Assembly (NCBI GenBank): GCA_030390025.1
Contig: CM059438.1
Span: 61,754,001 to 61,818,000, forward strand
Reading direction: 5' to 3'
Length of the DNA stretch: 64,000 nucleotides
Origin: Squalus acanthias
Lineage: Eukaryota
Positions 62,201 to 64,000 of this stretch are shown piece after piece (the stretch's first letter is position 1; each line of letters begins with the position of its first letter). Made by a program: the position numbers and the translations under genes. A model generated the notes under the pieces. It was not told where the DNA came from, did not search any database, and was given only the letters and a program-made list of their open reading frames with translations.

Positions 62201-64000
62201 TCAATGAGGAGATGTCAGTGCAATGATTGGCGTCAATAAGGAGATATCTGTGCACTGATTGGTGTCAATGAGGAGATATCAGTGCACTGATTGGTGTCAA
62301 TGAGGCGATTTCTGTGCACTGATTGGTGTCAATGAGGAGATATCTGTACACTGATTGGTGTCAATGAGGAGACTGTACACTGATTGGTGTCAATGGGGAA
62401 ATATCTGTACACTGATTGGTGTCAATGGGAAGATATCTGTGCACTGATTGGTGTCAATGAGGAGATATCTGTACACTGATTTATGTCAATGAGGAGATAT
62501 CAGTGCACTGATTGGTGTCATGAGGAGATATCTGTGCACTGATTGCATCAATAAGGAGATATCTGTGCACTGATTGGTGTCAATGGGGAGATATCTGTAC
62601 ACTGATTGGTGTCAACGGGGAGATATCTGTACACTGATTGGTGTCAATGGGGAGATATCTGTGCACTGATTGGCGTCAATGGGGAGATATCTGTGCACTG
62701 ATTGGTGTCAATGAGGAGATATCAGTGCACTGATTGGTGTCAATGAGGAGATATCTGTACACTGATTGGTGTCAATGAGGAGATATCTGTGCACTGATTG
62801 GTGTCAATGGGGAGATATCTGTGCACTGATTGGCGTCAATGAGGAGATATCTGTGCACTGATTGGTGTCAATGGGGAGATATCTGTACACTGATTGGTGT
62901 CAATGGGGAGATATCTGTGCACTGATTGGTGTCAATGAGGAGATATCTGTACACTGATTGGCATCAATGAGGAGATATCGGTGCACTGATTGGCATCAAT
63001 GAGGAGATGTCAGTGCACTGATTGGTGTCAATGAGGAGGTATCTGTGCACTGATTGGTATCAATGAGGAGATGTCAGTGCACTGATTGGCATCAATGAGG
63101 AGATATCTGTGCACTGATTGGTGTCAATGAGGAGATATCTGTGCACTGATTGGTGTCAATGAGGCGATATCTGTGCACTGATTGGTGTCAATGGGGAAAT
63201 ATCTGTACACTGAATGGTGTCAATGGGGAGATATCTGTGCACTGATTGGTGTCAATGAGGAGATATCTGTACACTGATTGGCATCAATGAGGAAATATCT
63301 GTGCACTGATTGGTTTCAATGAGGAGATGTCAGTGCACTGATTGGTGTCAATGAGGAGATATCTGTGCACTGATTGGTATCAATGAGGAGATGTCAGTGC
63401 ACTGATTGGCGTCAATAAGGAGATATCTGTGCACTGATTGGTGTCAATGAGGAGATATCAGTGCACTGATTGGTGTCAATGAGGCGATTTCTGTGCACTG
63501 ATTGGTGTCAATGAGGAGATATCTGTAAACTGATTGGTGTCAATGAGGAGACTGTACACTGATTGGTGTCAATGGGGAAATATCTGTACACTGATTGGTG
63601 TGAATGGGAAGATATCTGTGCACTGATTGGTGTCAATGAGGAGATATCTGTACACTGATTTATGTCAATGAGGAGATATCAGTGCACTGATTGGTGTCAT
63701 GAGGAGATATCTGTGCACTGATTGGCGTCAATGGGGAGATATCTGTGCACTGATTGGTGTCAATGAGGAGTTATCAGTGCACTGATTGGTGTCAATGAGG
63801 AGATATCTGTACACTGATTGGTGTCAATGAGGAGATATCTGTGCACTGATTGGTGTCAATGGGGAGATATCTGTGCACTGATTGGTGTCAATGAGGAGAT
63901 ATCTGTACACTGATTGGTGTCAATGGGGAGATATCTATACACTGATTGGTGTCAATGGGGAGATATCTGTGCACTGATTGGTGTCAATGAGGAGATAACT
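56281..64000. repeat. 32-bp satellite, ~240 copies, extending beyond the window
   Basis: Unit GAGATATCTGT[G/A]CACTGATTGGTGTCAATG[A/G]G. Confidence 0.99.

Noticed and set aside
56281..64000. CRISPR-like array (32-bp period)
   Set aside because: Monomers are contiguous with no unique spacers, there are no cas genes, and the context is eukaryotic.

Overview
Repeat-dense vertebrate DNA. The SINE/LINE families point to a cartilaginous fish (shark-like); the species cannot be determined here. The only host gene I can support is LRSAM1 (+ strand), seen as two short phase-0 exons (2182-2226, 7424-7501). The next expected exon was not found in the remaining ~56 kb, so the rest is probably one large intron, with a 416-N gap at 8953-9368. 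The window holds RTE, L2, CR1, Tx1-like and other APE-RT LINE fragments, tRNA-derived SINEs, two Penelope-like elements with minimal hammerhead motifs, a cluster of PIF/Harbinger-type elements inside an AT-rich satellite, several minisatellites, an old ~1.2-kb tandem triplication, and a >7.7-kb 32-bp satellite running off the end. Best leads: a LINE whose 5' end is a tRNA(Thr)-like Pol III head with no ORF1; the Penelope hammerheads; the Harbinger cluster in the satellite; local template-switch/conversion scars. Family names come from motif recognition and memory, not database searches. Repeat boundaries are approximate.
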